A stretch of 61,656 nucleotides of DNA from Bacteroidales bacterium. Its GTDB lineage: Bacteria; Bacteroidota; Bacteroidia; Bacteroidales; F082. A program made the position numbers and the translations under genes. The stretch lies in the NCBI GenBank assembly GCA_045615125.1, contig JAZLEF010000146.1, forward strand, positions 1 to 61,656, written 5' to 3'. Under the pieces are notes generated by a model. It saw only the letters and a list, made by a program, of their open reading frames with translations. It was not told where the DNA came from and did no database searches. This document shows, in pieces, positions 1 to 10,312 of the stretch (the first letter of the stretch is position 1; every line of letters starts with the position of its first letter).

Positions 1-1
1 G

Positions 2-148
2 GCAGTTGGTCCAGGTACAAAAGACAATCCTATGACATTGAAAGTTGGCGACCAAGTCATTTATGGCAAATATGCAGGTACAGAATTCCATTTAGATGGA
101 AAAGATTATATGATAATGAGAGAAAATGATGTTATTGCAATCATCTGA
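2..148 (+). CDS. groES: co-chaperonin GroES, C-terminal fragment (5' end outside window)
   Basis: Frame reads ...[35 protein letters not shown] with TGA at 146-148; lies 54 nt upstream of groEL. Confidence 0.9.
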   Translation, partial: AVGPGTKDNPMTLKVGDQVIYGKYAGTEFHLDGKDYMIMRENDVIAII

Positions 149-193
149 TTTCTCATTATTTTTTTATTCAATATTTCATTAACAATTTAATAA

Positions 194-1837
<1,644 letters not shown>

Positions 1838-1844
1838 TAAATGA

Positions 1845-1872
1845 CCAAAGGCTAATGACTAAAGGCTAAAGG
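1845..1872. repeat. tandem heptamer array CCAAAGG CTAATGA CTAAAGG CTAAAGG
   Basis: Read directly; begins 7 nt after the groEL stop. Confidence 0.8.
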
Positions 1873-1885
1873 TATATGTATCAAT

Positions 1886-1918
1886 AAAAAACCGTCACTT
1901 CTTGGTGGCGGTTTTTTT
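1886..1918 (+). terminator. Rho-independent terminator after groEL
   Basis: A-run, stem accgtcac/gtggcggt (one G-U pair), 6-nt loop, then T7. Confidence 0.8.
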
Positions 1919-2003
1919 GTATCTATATAATCTAACTATTTTTAGTTAGATTCATAAAAACTTTTCACTATAAAATGGGAATTAGCATTTTTTTAACTAA
2001 TAG

Positions 2004-2011
2004 TATTTTTG
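2004..2011 (+). promoter_or_regulatory. Bacteroidota -7 promoter box TATTTTTG
   Basis: Matches TAnnTTTG, 27 nt upstream of ATG 2039. The ORF-track start 2009 is the TTG of this box. Confidence 0.55.
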
Positions 2012-2038
2012 CATCATAATTTTAAAATACTATTACAA

Positions 2039-3127
2039 ATGAAAAAAACATTAACATTTTTATCTTTAATCACTTTTCTCTTATTAGGGATTAATAACCT
2101 TTTCTCACAGGAAAAATCATTAAACTTCAACGCTGAATATACAGGTGACTTCTTGTATAATGTAGGTGGTTTAAAAAATGGCGGCGGCTATCTCGGCTAC
2201 GCTAAAATTGGAATGGATGCCGACTTATGGAAAGGAGCATCATTATACGTCGGTGGCGGAACTACCCACGGCATTGTTCCAACAGAGATGTTCATCGGTG
2301 ACTTCCAGGTTGCTAATAACATAGAAGCTGGCGACCACGCTTTCATGGAATATCTCTCTTTGCAACAATCTTTCGGTAAGTTTAGCATCAAAGTCGGACT
2401 TCAAGATATGAACGAGAACTTCGCTAATCTTGACGCAGCTGGTGAATATATAAACAGCTCTTTCGGCATTCATCCTGTTTTCTCAACGAATCTGAGCGTC
2501 GCTATATTCCCTCTCACTGGACTCGGCGCAGAATTTCACTACGAGATCAACGACAACTGGCATGTTCAAGCTGCTGTATATGACGGAGAGATTCCATCTT
2601 TTGAAGATGACAATCTTTATAACTTGAACTGGAGAATCGGTAAAGACGAAGGAGCATTATTCATTGGCGAAGGTCATTATGTCAGAGACAATAGCACTTA
2701 CAAATTCGGAGCTTTCTATCATACAGCAGCAAAAAATTATGGATTCTATGCTAATGCCGAACAAGAAGTGTGGAACAACGGCACTCGTAACTTGAAACCT
2801 TTTGTTCAAATCGGATACGCAAACAACATCTCAGCATCTCAGCATCTCAGCATCTCAGCTCCTCAAAACTATTTTCACCTCGCAGCTGGTCTTAACTTAG
2901 AAGGCGTCTTCTCAAAAGAAGGTCTCGACATGGCCGGTCTCGCATTCACATCGGCATTCCTATCTGATAAAAAAACTGAGACAGCGATAGAACTTTTCTA
3001 TCAATATCAGATAACAGACAACTTATTGATTAAACCTGACGTACAATATATCATCAATCCTGCTGGAATGGAATTTCCTGTCGACAACGCACTTGTCGGA
3101 ACATTGAGATTTATGATTGGGATTTGA
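2039..3127 (+). CDS. outer-membrane porin, OprB-like carbohydrate-selective porin family (start moved to MKKTL signal peptide)
   Basis: Signal peptide MKKTLTFLSLITFLLLGINNLFSQ; Gly/aromatic-rich beta-strand pattern (EYTGDFLYNVGGLKNGGGYLGY...). Confidence 0.6.
   Translation: MKKTLTFLSLITFLLLGINNLFSQEKSLNFNAEYTGDFLYNVGGLKNGGGYLGYAKIGMDADLWKGASLYVGGGTTHGIVPTEMFIGDFQVANNIEAGDHAFMEYLSLQQSFGKFSIKVGLQDMNENFANLDAAGEYINSSFGIHPVFSTNLSVAIFPLTGLGAEFHYEINDNWHVQAAVYDGEIPSFEDDNLYNLNWRIGKDEGALFIGEGHYVRDNSTYKFGAFYHTAAKNYGFYANAEQEVWNNGTRNLKPFVQIGYANNISASQHLSISAPQNYFHLAAGLNLEGVFSKEGLDMAGLAFTSAFLSDKKTETAIELFYQYQITDNLLIKPDVQYIINPAGMEFPVDNALVGTLRFMIGI
2827..2858 (+). repeat. in-CDS tandem octanucleotide (CATCTCAG)x4
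   Basis: Four perfect copies read directly; they encode ...ISASQHLSISAP... in the porin. Confidence 0.9.
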
Positions 3128-3172
3128 GGAACTAAGGAACTGAGGGCATGAGGAATTGAGGAATTGTAGGGA
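3125..3172. repeat. six tandem octamers TGAGGAAC TAAGGAAC TGAGGGCA TGAGGAAT TGAGGAAT TGTAGGGA
   Basis: The first unit is the porin stop codon; period is exactly 8. Confidence 0.9.
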
Positions 3173-3223
3173 TGCGATTTATCGTGTCCTTTCAAACAAT
3201 TTAGAAATTATTTTAGAATTTAG

Positions 3224-3231
3224 TATTTTTG
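3224..3231 (+). promoter_or_regulatory. -7 promoter box TATTTTTG
   Basis: TAnnTTTG, 20 nt upstream of ATG 3252. Confidence 0.55.
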
Positions 3232-3251
3232 CAAATATTATTTAAGATTTT

Positions 3252-5759
3252 ATGGAATATAAATATAGTCAACAGACAATGGACAACGGACAAAAGTCAA
3301 CGTCCACTTCTTTAGCGGAAATGGCGACAGGCACAAAATGTGTCATCGTAAAGGTGAATGGACACGGCGGACTTCGTCACAGATTGATGGAGCTTGGTTT
3401 TGTAAAAGGCGAGACCGTCACCGTCATCAAGAATGCACCTCTGATGGACCCTGTAGAATACCAGATACTTCAGGCTCATATATCATTAAGAAGAAGTGAA
3501 GCCGATAAGATTGAAGTCGTTGCCTTGGATGAAGTCAATGCTCATTCTTCTGACTTCAACGGCACTATCGCCGACGATGTCATTTCCGACGTCATCAAAG
3601 AAAAGACAAACAATATCACTGTGGCTTTGGTAGGTAATCCTAATGCTGGTAAGACATCATTCTTCAACCATGCAACAGGATTACACGAGAAAGTAGGTAA
3701 CTACGGAGGTGTCACCGTCGATTTGAAAACAGGCACGTTCTATCATAAGGGCTACACCATCAACCTCGTTGACTTACCTGGAACTTATTCCATAACAGAA
3801 TATTCACCTGAAGAACGTTATGTGAGAGACTATCTCACCAAACATAATCCCGACATAGTTCTTAATATCGTCGACGCTTCTAATTTAGAACGTAACTTCT
3901 TCCTTACCACACAGCTTATCGATATGAACATACGTCTCGTCATGGCTCTTAATATGTATGATGAGATGGAAGCCAAAGGTGATATCTTCGACTACAAGAG
4001 TCTCGGCAAGATGCTCGGCTTCCCTATAGTGCCTACGACAGCAGTGAGAGGGATAGGCATTTCCAACGTGCTTGAGACTATTGTCGATGTTTTTGAAGAG
4101 AAGAAAAATCTCAACAAACATATTCATATCAACTACGGACGCGACATCGAAGAGGCTATCGTTCCTATTAAGAAAAAGATAGAACTTAACAAGGACATCA
4201 TCAATATTTATCCTGCGAGATATATCGCTATCAATGTTTTGGAAAATTCTCAGTCGACGATAGAAGAAATCAAAGACCTTCCTAACGGCGATGATATTAT
4301 AGCAGAAGCTCAGGAAAAACGTTCTGTTTTAGAGAAAGCATACGACGAAGATGCACAGACTTTGATTACCAATGCTCGTTATGCTTTCATCAGAGGAGCT
4401 TTGAATGAGACATATAAAAAAGGTTCAAAGAAAATCAAGAATCATGCTTATAAAGCCGACGAGGTCTTAACCAACAAATGGTTAGGATTCCCTATCTTAA
4501 TATTCTTCGTATGGCTCATGTTTCAAGCTACTTTCACAATCGGAGCTTATCCTCAAGAATGGATTGAATGGGCAGTGAGCTGGTTCGGAGAACTTGTTGG
4601 CTCATGGATGAATGACGGAATATTGCGCGACCTCATCGTCGACGGCATCATAGCCGGCGTTGGCGGAGTATTAGTTTTCTTACCTAACATCTTGATATTA
4701 TTCTTCTTCATCTCTATATTAGAACACACCGGTTATATGGCACGTGCCGCCTTCATCGTCGACCGTCTCATGCATAAGATAGGACTTCATGGCAAATCGT
4801 TTATTCCTTTCATCATCGGTTTCGGTTGTTCTGTGCCTGCTATCATGGCGACACGTACTTTAGAAAACAGGAAAGACAGACTGCTCACTATATTAGTCAC
4901 ACCTTTCATGTCGTGTTCGGCACGTCTCCCTGTCTACCTTCTTTTTGTAGCAGCCTTCTTCGAGAAACACCAAGGTTTGATATTGATGAGCGTCTATGCC
5001 ATAGGCGTTATCTTCGCGATACTGACGGCTTTATTATTGAATAAGACATCTTTCAAAGGTCTGTCGGAACAATTCGTGATGGAGCTTCCTCCTTATCGCG
5101 TACCTACAACACGTAATACTTTAATTCACATGTGGGACAAGAGTGTTCAGTATTTACAGAAAATGGCTACCGTCATCCTCGTTGCTTCTATCATAATATG
5201 GGCATTGGAATATTTCCCAAGAACATGTGAAAAAGCTGAATTGATAGCACAAGAGATAGAACTTGTCGAAGCTAACGACAATATCGACGCAGAAGAAAAA
5301 GCTACTATCATAGAACAGTTAGAATATGAACAAGGAGCTGTCTTGAATGAGAATTCTTACATCGGACGTTTCGGCCACGCCATCGAACCTTTAGTACGTC
5401 CTTGCGGCTTCGACTGGAGAATGGGTGTCAGTTTGACAACAGGTATCGCTGCTAAAGAAGTAGTCGTCTCGACTCTCGCAGTGCTCTTCCAAACATCTGA
5501 AGAAGAGGAAGGAAAACTCGTCGATAAGGTCAGAACTCAGGTATGGACCAGCGGACCAAAGAAAGGCGAGCTGTTGTTTACTCCATTAGTAGCATTCGGC
5601 TTCATGTTGTTCGTATTATTGTCGACACCATGTTTCGCTACAATAGCGGCTGTAAGACGCGAAGCCGGATGGAAAGCAGTTTTATTTACTTTGTTCTACA
5701 ACACCGGACTCGCTTGGATTGTTTCCTTCTTGGTTTATCAAATAGGTTCTCTCTTATGA
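3252..5759 (+). CDS. feoB: ferrous iron transporter FeoB with fused N-terminal FeoA domain
   Basis: FeoA-like KCVIVKVNGHGGLRHRLMELGFVKGETVTV, then G-domain VALVGNPNAGKTSFFN and polytopic membrane domain. Start could also be ATG 3279. Confidence 0.93.
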   Translation: MEYKYSQQTMDNGQKSTSTSLAEMATGTKCVIVKVNGHGGLRHRLMELGFVKGETVTVIKNAPLMDPVEYQILQAHISLRRSEADKIEVVALDEVNAHSSDFNGTIADDVISDVIKEKTNNITVALVGNPNAGKTSFFNHATGLHEKVGNYGGVTVDLKTGTFYHKGYTINLVDLPGTYSITEYSPEERYVRDYLTKHNPDIVLNIVDASNLERNFFLTTQLIDMNIRLVMALNMYDEMEAKGDIFDYKSLGKMLGFPIVPTTAVRGIGISNVLETIVDVFEEKKNLNKHIHINYGRDIEEAIVPIKKKIELNKDIINIYPARYIAINVLENSQSTIEEIKDLPNGDDIIAEAQEKRSVLEKAYDEDAQTLITNARYAFIRGALNETYKKGSKKIKNHAYKADEVLTNKWLGFPILIFFVWLMFQATFTIGAYPQEWIEWAVSWFGELVGSWMNDGILRDLIVDGIIAGVGGVLVFLPNILILFFFISILEHTGYMARAAFIVDRLMHKIGLHGKSFIPFIIGFGCSVPAIMATRTLENRKDRLLTILVTPFMSCSARLPVYLLFVAAFFEKHQGLILMSVYAIGVIFAILTALLLNKTSFKGLSEQFVMELPPYRVPTTRNTLIHMWDKSVQYLQKMATVILVASIIIWALEYFPRTCEKAELIAQEIELVEANDNIDAEEKATIIEQLEYEQGAVLNENSYIGRFGHAIEPLVRPCGFDWRMGVSLTTGIAAKEVVVSTLAVLFQTSEEEEGKLVDKVRTQVWTSGPKKGELLFTPLVAFGFMLFVLLSTPCFATIAAVRREAGWKAVLFTLFYNTGLAWIVSFLVYQIGSLL
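3273..3307. repeat. tandem heptamers CAGACAA TGGACAA CGGACAA AAGTCAA CGTCCAC inside the feoB 5' end
   Basis: Read directly; encodes the low-complexity QQTMDNGQKSTST tail before the FeoA domain. Confidence 0.75.
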
Positions 5760-5914
5760 CACAAACTATAATTGCATATATAATAATAACATTGGCGGTG
5801 GGATACACTATATATTCTGTCGTAAAGAAAATAAAGAACAGCAACGATAACAAATCATGTAGCGATTGCAGCTGCTGTTCAAAAAACACACAATGTAAAA
5901 TAAAAAAATACTAA
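5756..5914 (+). CDS. FeoB-associated Cys-rich small membrane protein (52 aa)
   Basis: ATGA overlap with the feoB stop; one TM helix, then CSDCSCCSKNTQC. Only the last 52 codons of ORF 5543..5914 are plausible. Confidence 0.7.
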   Translation: MTQTIIAYIIITLAVGYTIYSVVKKIKNSNDNKSCSDCSCCSKNTQCKIKKY

Positions 5915-5920
5915 TTTTGT

Positions 5921-5958
5921 GAGACGTATCAATGACATCTATGTTATAGATACGTCTC
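5921..5958 (+). terminator. stem-loop after the feo operon
   Basis: 10-bp perfect stem gagacgtatc/gatacgtctc with an 18-nt loop; weak T tract. Confidence 0.45.
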
Positions 5959-5963
5959 CTTTA

Positions 5964-5998
5964 ATTATGAGTTGTGCATTATGAATTATGAATTAACG
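5964..5998. repeat. tandem heptamers ATTATGA GTTGTGC ATTATGA ATTATGA ATTAACG
   Basis: Read directly; overlaps the candidate start codons of the next gene. Confidence 0.8.
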
Positions 5999-7228
5999 AA
6001 CGGTCTGCTAACATTTTTAAACATGTTATGTCAGATGGCACCATACCTACTATTAGGTTTCTTGATGGCTGGATTGTTGCATGTCTTTGTACCTTCTTCT
6101 TTTTTTGAGAGACATTTAGCCAAAGAAAATTTCAAGTCGGTGCTGCTGGCATCATTGATTGGAGTTCCACTTCCCTTATGTTCATGCGGTGTCATCCCGA
6201 CCGCCATCTCATTGAGGAAAGACGGAGCATCACGCGGTGCCACGGTGGCCTTCATGATATCCACGCCTCAGGTTGGCGTCGATTCTATAATAGCCACTTA
6301 CTCCATGATGGGACTTCCTTTTGCTATTGTACGACCATTGGCAGCCTTGCTTACCTCGATAGCAGGCGGAGCTGTAACAACGGCATTCTCAAAAGACGAG
6401 ATTGTTGTACGTCAAAAGTGCACTTGCGAAAGCAACGACAAAGGAGGAAACAAATTCATTGAGCTATTAAGATACAGCTTCATCGACTTAGCGCAGAACA
6501 TCGGCAAATGGCTAGTCATAGGATTGATGATAGGCGCATTGATAACAATATTAGTTCCAGATTCATTCTTTACCGACTTAAATCTCCCATCTATTGTCAC
6601 TATGATGATAGTGCTGTTGATAGCTGTTCCTATGTATGTCTGCTCAACAGGCAGCATTCCTATTGCAGCAGCTCTTATGCTTAAGGGCTTGTCGCCAGGA
6701 GCAGCTTTGGTATTACTTATAGCTGGACCAGGTGTCAGCGTGGCTTCGTTGTTAGTAGTAGGAAAGTCATTAGGCAAGAAACAGCTTCTCTTCTACCTCG
6801 GCTCTATCATTTTAGGTTCTATGATATGCGGACTTTTCATCGATTATTTCTTGCCAAGAGAATGGTTCACCATAACATCTTTATGTGAATCGTCGGGACA
6901 TTGCAGCTCACACGGAGGCATCAGCGCATCATGGTTTGAGATAGTATCAGGAATTGTTTTAGTTTTACTTTTAATAAATGCATTTATGTTAAAAATTTTT
7001 AAGAAAGAAGAAGTAACAAACGAAAATCAAGTGATTTATCGTATCGACGGAATGTCGTGTAATCATTGTAAAAATTCTGTAGAAAAAGCATTGAAGGCTT
7101 TAGACAATGTTGAAAATGTTGAAGTCATTTTAGGAAAGAAAGAAGCTGTTGTAACAGGAACACCTAACGACGAGACAGTGAAGAAAACCGTTGAAGACTT
7201 AGGTTTTGAATTTAAGGGAAGAAAATAA
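5981..7228 (+). CDS. SO_0444-family permease (ArsP_1-like) with C-terminal heavy-metal-associated domain; putative Cu/Zn efflux
   Basis: Polytopic membrane protein with CSCG motif; C-terminal HMA YRIDGMSCNHCKNSVEKAL. Start uncertain (5972 TTG, 5981 ATG or a later Met). Confidence 0.7.
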   Translation: MNYELTNGLLTFLNMLCQMAPYLLLGFLMAGLLHVFVPSSFFERHLAKENFKSVLLASLIGVPLPLCSCGVIPTAISLRKDGASRGATVAFMISTPQVGVDSIIATYSMMGLPFAIVRPLAALLTSIAGGAVTTAFSKDEIVVRQKCTCESNDKGGNKFIELLRYSFIDLAQNIGKWLVIGLMIGALITILVPDSFFTDLNLPSIVTMMIVLLIAVPMYVCSTGSIPIAAALMLKGLSPGAALVLLIAGPGVSVASLLVVGKSLGKKQLLFYLGSIILGSMICGLFIDYFLPREWFTITSLCESSGHCSSHGGISASWFEIVSGIVLVLLLINAFMLKIFKKEEVTNENQVIYRIDGMSCNHCKNSVEKALKALDNVENVEVILGKKEAVVTGTPNDETVKKTVEDLGFEFKGRK

Positions 7229-7238
7229 AAAAGAGAAT

Positions 7239-7976
7239 CTATACGCTTAAGACAGTTCTCAGCACCTCATACGATTTCATATCTCTGAAATCGCTGGAAT
7301 GTAGCTTATAATATGTGACAATAGCGTCGAGCAAGAAATGACGTATCCTGTTTGTAAGTCTATAATTATGAGGTTCTGAGTTCTTGAAGTCTTGATTCCC
7401 CAAATAAAAAAGAGCCTCGCTGAGTTCTTCGTCTATCTGATAAACATCATTTTTTGTCATCTTGAAATTACCATCCAACATATCGAAGCATGAGCCTTTG
7501 ATATATGTGTCGAAGTTAGGATAAAATCCTAAATATTTACTTAGATTGAGAGCGAAGACGACAGGAAAATTAAGATAATCGGCAGGAGCATCGTCGAGCC
7601 ATAACATTGAGTCATATACATATTCAAACAAGACATGATCAACTTCGGTCTCTGTTATCGTCTTGGAGAGCAGCTCGCTGACGAACAGCATTATCGAAGT
7701 TTTCTTAATATCGAATGCTATGCTTTTGTAATAATGAGATAGAGTCACCTCCTTGACAAAACCGAGACTATTGTTGCCTATTTCAGCCACAATATTAAGC
7801 AATGTCATATTCTGGAACAGGGCGGCCTTCATCTTCGACTTACTACCGAATACGCCTTTCACCATGAACGATTGCAGCCCTTCTTCCTCGGTAAGCATCT
7901 TGACGACGAGACTACTGTCGCCATATTTTATTGCGTTAAGAACTATAGCTCTCGTTTTGACTGTTGTCTTTGCCAT
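7239..7976 (-). CDS. recO: DNA repair protein RecO
   Basis: 245 aa; N-terminal OB-fold pattern TRAIVLNAIKYGDSSLVVKMLTEEEGLQSFMVKG. Start overlaps the upstream stop (TAATG). Confidence 0.85.
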   Translation of the reverse strand: MAKTTVKTRAIVLNAIKYGDSSLVVKMLTEEEGLQSFMVKGVFGSKSKMKAALFQNMTLLNIVAEIGNNSLGFVKEVTLSHYYKSIAFDIKKTSIMLFVSELLSKTITETEVDHVLFEYVYDSMLWLDDAPADYLNFPVVFALNLSKYLGFYPNFDTYIKGSCFDMLDGNFKMTKNDVYQIDEELSEALFYLGNQDFKNSEPHNYRLTNRIRHFLLDAIVTYYKLHSSDFRDMKSYEVLRTVLSV

Positions 7977-10267
7977 TACAAGATAAGTATTTTAGTAGCG
8001 AAAGTCTCGTAGCCAGTCTTGTCGCTGATGAAGATGAGATATACTCCTGGAGCCACTTTGTCGCCCTCAATAGTAGTACAATCCCATACAGCCTGACCAC
8101 CTTCTGAATACAAATGTGTCACGAAAGAACCGTCTACAGTAGTTATCTTCACCAAGGAGTTAGGAACCAGATTTTTGATACCCACCAATCCCGAATAATT
8201 TTGTCGAACAGGATTAGGATAAACTATTACGTCAGAGTTTGTCTTCTTTCCCTCTGTAGCGACACCTTTATATGAGATGATACCTTTATCTGTTGCGAAA
8301 AATACATTGCCGTCAGCATTGATAGCGATACCTTGTACTGTATTAGACAACAAAGGACTGTTATCTTCTGTGAAGTGATAATATTCAGTTAAGCCATTAT
8401 TGGAGATATAGAAGACGCCGTTCTTTGTTCCTACCCATAAATTATTGGCGTCATCGATGGCTATTGAGAGTACCGACTCACCGGAGAGGAGATAATCGGC
8501 TTGACCTGTGCCGTCGTTACGAGGCACCAAGATTCTCGATGCGTCAAAGTTCACGCCTTGTTGGAATATCTTGGAAGTGGAATAGAACAATGCAAGTCCG
8601 TCGTTGGTGCCAATCCACATTGTTCCGTTTTTATCCATCGCCATGCAGTTGGCAGAAGCTGGCAGTCCACCCTGTCCTGCTGTCGTCGAAATCATTTTAT
8701 ATTTGTCATCGGCAGGATTAGACGGAGTCTTGTTGTCGTTATAAACGATAAAATAACCATCGCGGTTAAGCACCCATTTATAGTCATTCTCGTCCACTAC
8801 GAGTTTGCTGACGTCGCTGCTACCTATGTTGAACGAATACCAATTGTTGTCGGTAGTCTTCACCGAGAGACGTCTGTCGGTTCCGCTATTGGCAACCCAT
8901 AAGTTATTCTTGCTGTCGAAGTCGAGGCCGGTGACATAGATATAGTTGTAACCTGCCAGTTGTCCGAGACTGCTGTTAGTGTGGTTATAAATAGTTTTCA
9001 ATTCATAGTTTTCAAACTCAAGAAGTCCTCTATGGAATGAGCCCACATAAACCTTTGATTTGTTGAGTGGGTCGAATGCCACGGTGACTAAGTCGGAGAT
9101 AGTATCTAGTGCATCGGTGTTTGATTTGTTAATGTTAGACCATTCATAATCTTTATAATAATATACGCCATCGGAGAGCCAGCGTTTAGCCCATGTCGCG
9201 GTGTAGCCACCGGCAGCCACCCACACCTCATTGCCTCTGGCTTTTATATCGAAGTTGTTGATGCTATAAGGACCGTTGAACATAATATTTTCCGATGTCC
9301 CGTCGAGATTCATTTTGATAAGGCTGTTGCTTTTATCGCCTATCCAATACAAATCACGGCTTTTGTCGTAGATGGCATCAAAAGGTTCTATACTCTTGAA
9401 GTTAGACGCTAAGCTGTTATTTCTGTTAAGGACTCTGACACTATATTGCTCAACGAAGACGAGTCTGTCGTCGTAAGCCTTAATCTCTCTTTTCACGGAG
9501 TGAGTGGCAGGTTTGAAATAATCCCATGCCGTACCATTATATACGAAGACAGTATCGGTTCCATATTGGTTAACAGAGTAATTAGCCAAAAGATTACCGT
9601 TGAAACATTCTATCTCAGAATAGTTCAAGTTGTCGTGTATCATTGTCACATCATGATTCCATTGAGAATAATCGGCGAGGTTGCTGCTAGTATAATCGGC
9701 ATAATAGACGCCATTGCTTGTAGCTGCATATAGTTTGCCATCATACAAGATAATGTCGTTGACGTTAAGGTAGGTTCCTCCCTCTCCTATGATGTAGGTA
9801 TCTTTTATTTCCAATCTGTTTAAATCCACCACAACGATACCAAATCCACAGCATACGTAAGCCAGCTCGTTTATGAAATAGACATCGTTGATGGTTTTGT
9901 CTGCCAATATATTCTTATTTTTAATATCGCTGATATTTATGATTTTTCCGTCACTGCCAATGAGATCGATGTTGGTGTTAGAATATCCAACAAACAACAT
10001 ATCTGTTTTGGAGTTATAACGCATCACGCTGATACCGAAGTCGGACAAGCCATTCACCTTCGACATTTTATTGATAGAATTATCGCCGGTGTTGTAGTAA
10101 TAGACTTCGTAAGGAGTAGCGGCATATATTTTCTCATCAACTTTTTCAACATTGATGACTTTCATTCCTGGAGCGTGTGTTGTCCATTGATGGAGAGCAG
10201 TCTGTGCGAAACTTGTTGCGACGCTTAAGAAAATCAAGCAGATAAGGGATATATATTTATTTATCAT
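7976..10267 (-). CDS. double beta-propeller protein (two-component-regulator propeller type) with T9SS C-terminal sorting domain; PorZ-like
   Basis: Signal peptide, roughly 650 aa of propeller-like repeats, C-terminal VIVYPNPV...GVYLIFISDKTGYETFATKILIL. The PorZ assignment rests on architecture and size only. Confidence 0.55.
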   Translation of the reverse strand: MINKYISLICLIFLSVATSFAQTALHQWTTHAPGMKVINVEKVDEKIYAATPYEVYYYNTGDNSINKMSKVNGLSDFGISVMRYNSKTDMLFVGYSNTNIDLIGSDGKIINISDIKNKNILADKTINDVYFINELAYVCCGFGIVVVDLNRLEIKDTYIIGEGGTYLNVNDIILYDGKLYAATSNGVYYADYTSSNLADYSQWNHDVTMIHDNLNYSEIECFNGNLLANYSVNQYGTDTVFVYNGTAWDYFKPATHSVKREIKAYDDRLVFVEQYSVRVLNRNNSLASNFKSIEPFDAIYDKSRDLYWIGDKSNSLIKMNLDGTSENIMFNGPYSINNFDIKARGNEVWVAAGGYTATWAKRWLSDGVYYYKDYEWSNINKSNTDALDTISDLVTVAFDPLNKSKVYVGSFHRGLLEFENYELKTIYNHTNSSLGQLAGYNYIYVTGLDFDSKNNLWVANSGTDRRLSVKTTDNNWYSFNIGSSDVSKLVVDENDYKWVLNRDGYFIVYNDNKTPSNPADDKYKMISTTAGQGGLPASANCMAMDKNGTMWIGTNDGLALFYSTSKIFQQGVNFDASRILVPRNDGTGQADYLLSGESVLSIAIDDANNLWVGTKNGVFYISNNGLTEYYHFTEDNSPLLSNTVQGIAINADGNVFFATDKGIISYKGVATEGKKTNSDVIVYPNPVRQNYSGLVGIKNLVPNSLVKITTVDGSFVTHLYSEGGQAVWDCTTIEGDKVAPGVYLIFISDKTGYETFATKILIL

Positions 10268-10285
10268 AATGAATTATTTAGAACA

Positions 10286-10293
10286 CAAATTTA
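10286..10293 (-). promoter_or_regulatory. -7 promoter box (TAAATTTG on minus strand)
   Basis: CAAATTTA on the plus strand, 19 nt upstream of ATG 10267. Confidence 0.5.
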
Positions 10294-10312
10294 TAACAAA
10301 AAAATTATTGTT

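Noticed and set aside
5543-5755. Long 5' part of ORF 5543..5914, overlapping the feoB 3' end in another frame
   Set aside because: Only the last 52 codons (from ATG 5756, ATGA-coupled to the feoB stop) form a sensible TM plus Cys-rich protein. The upstream part is out-of-frame feoB sequence.
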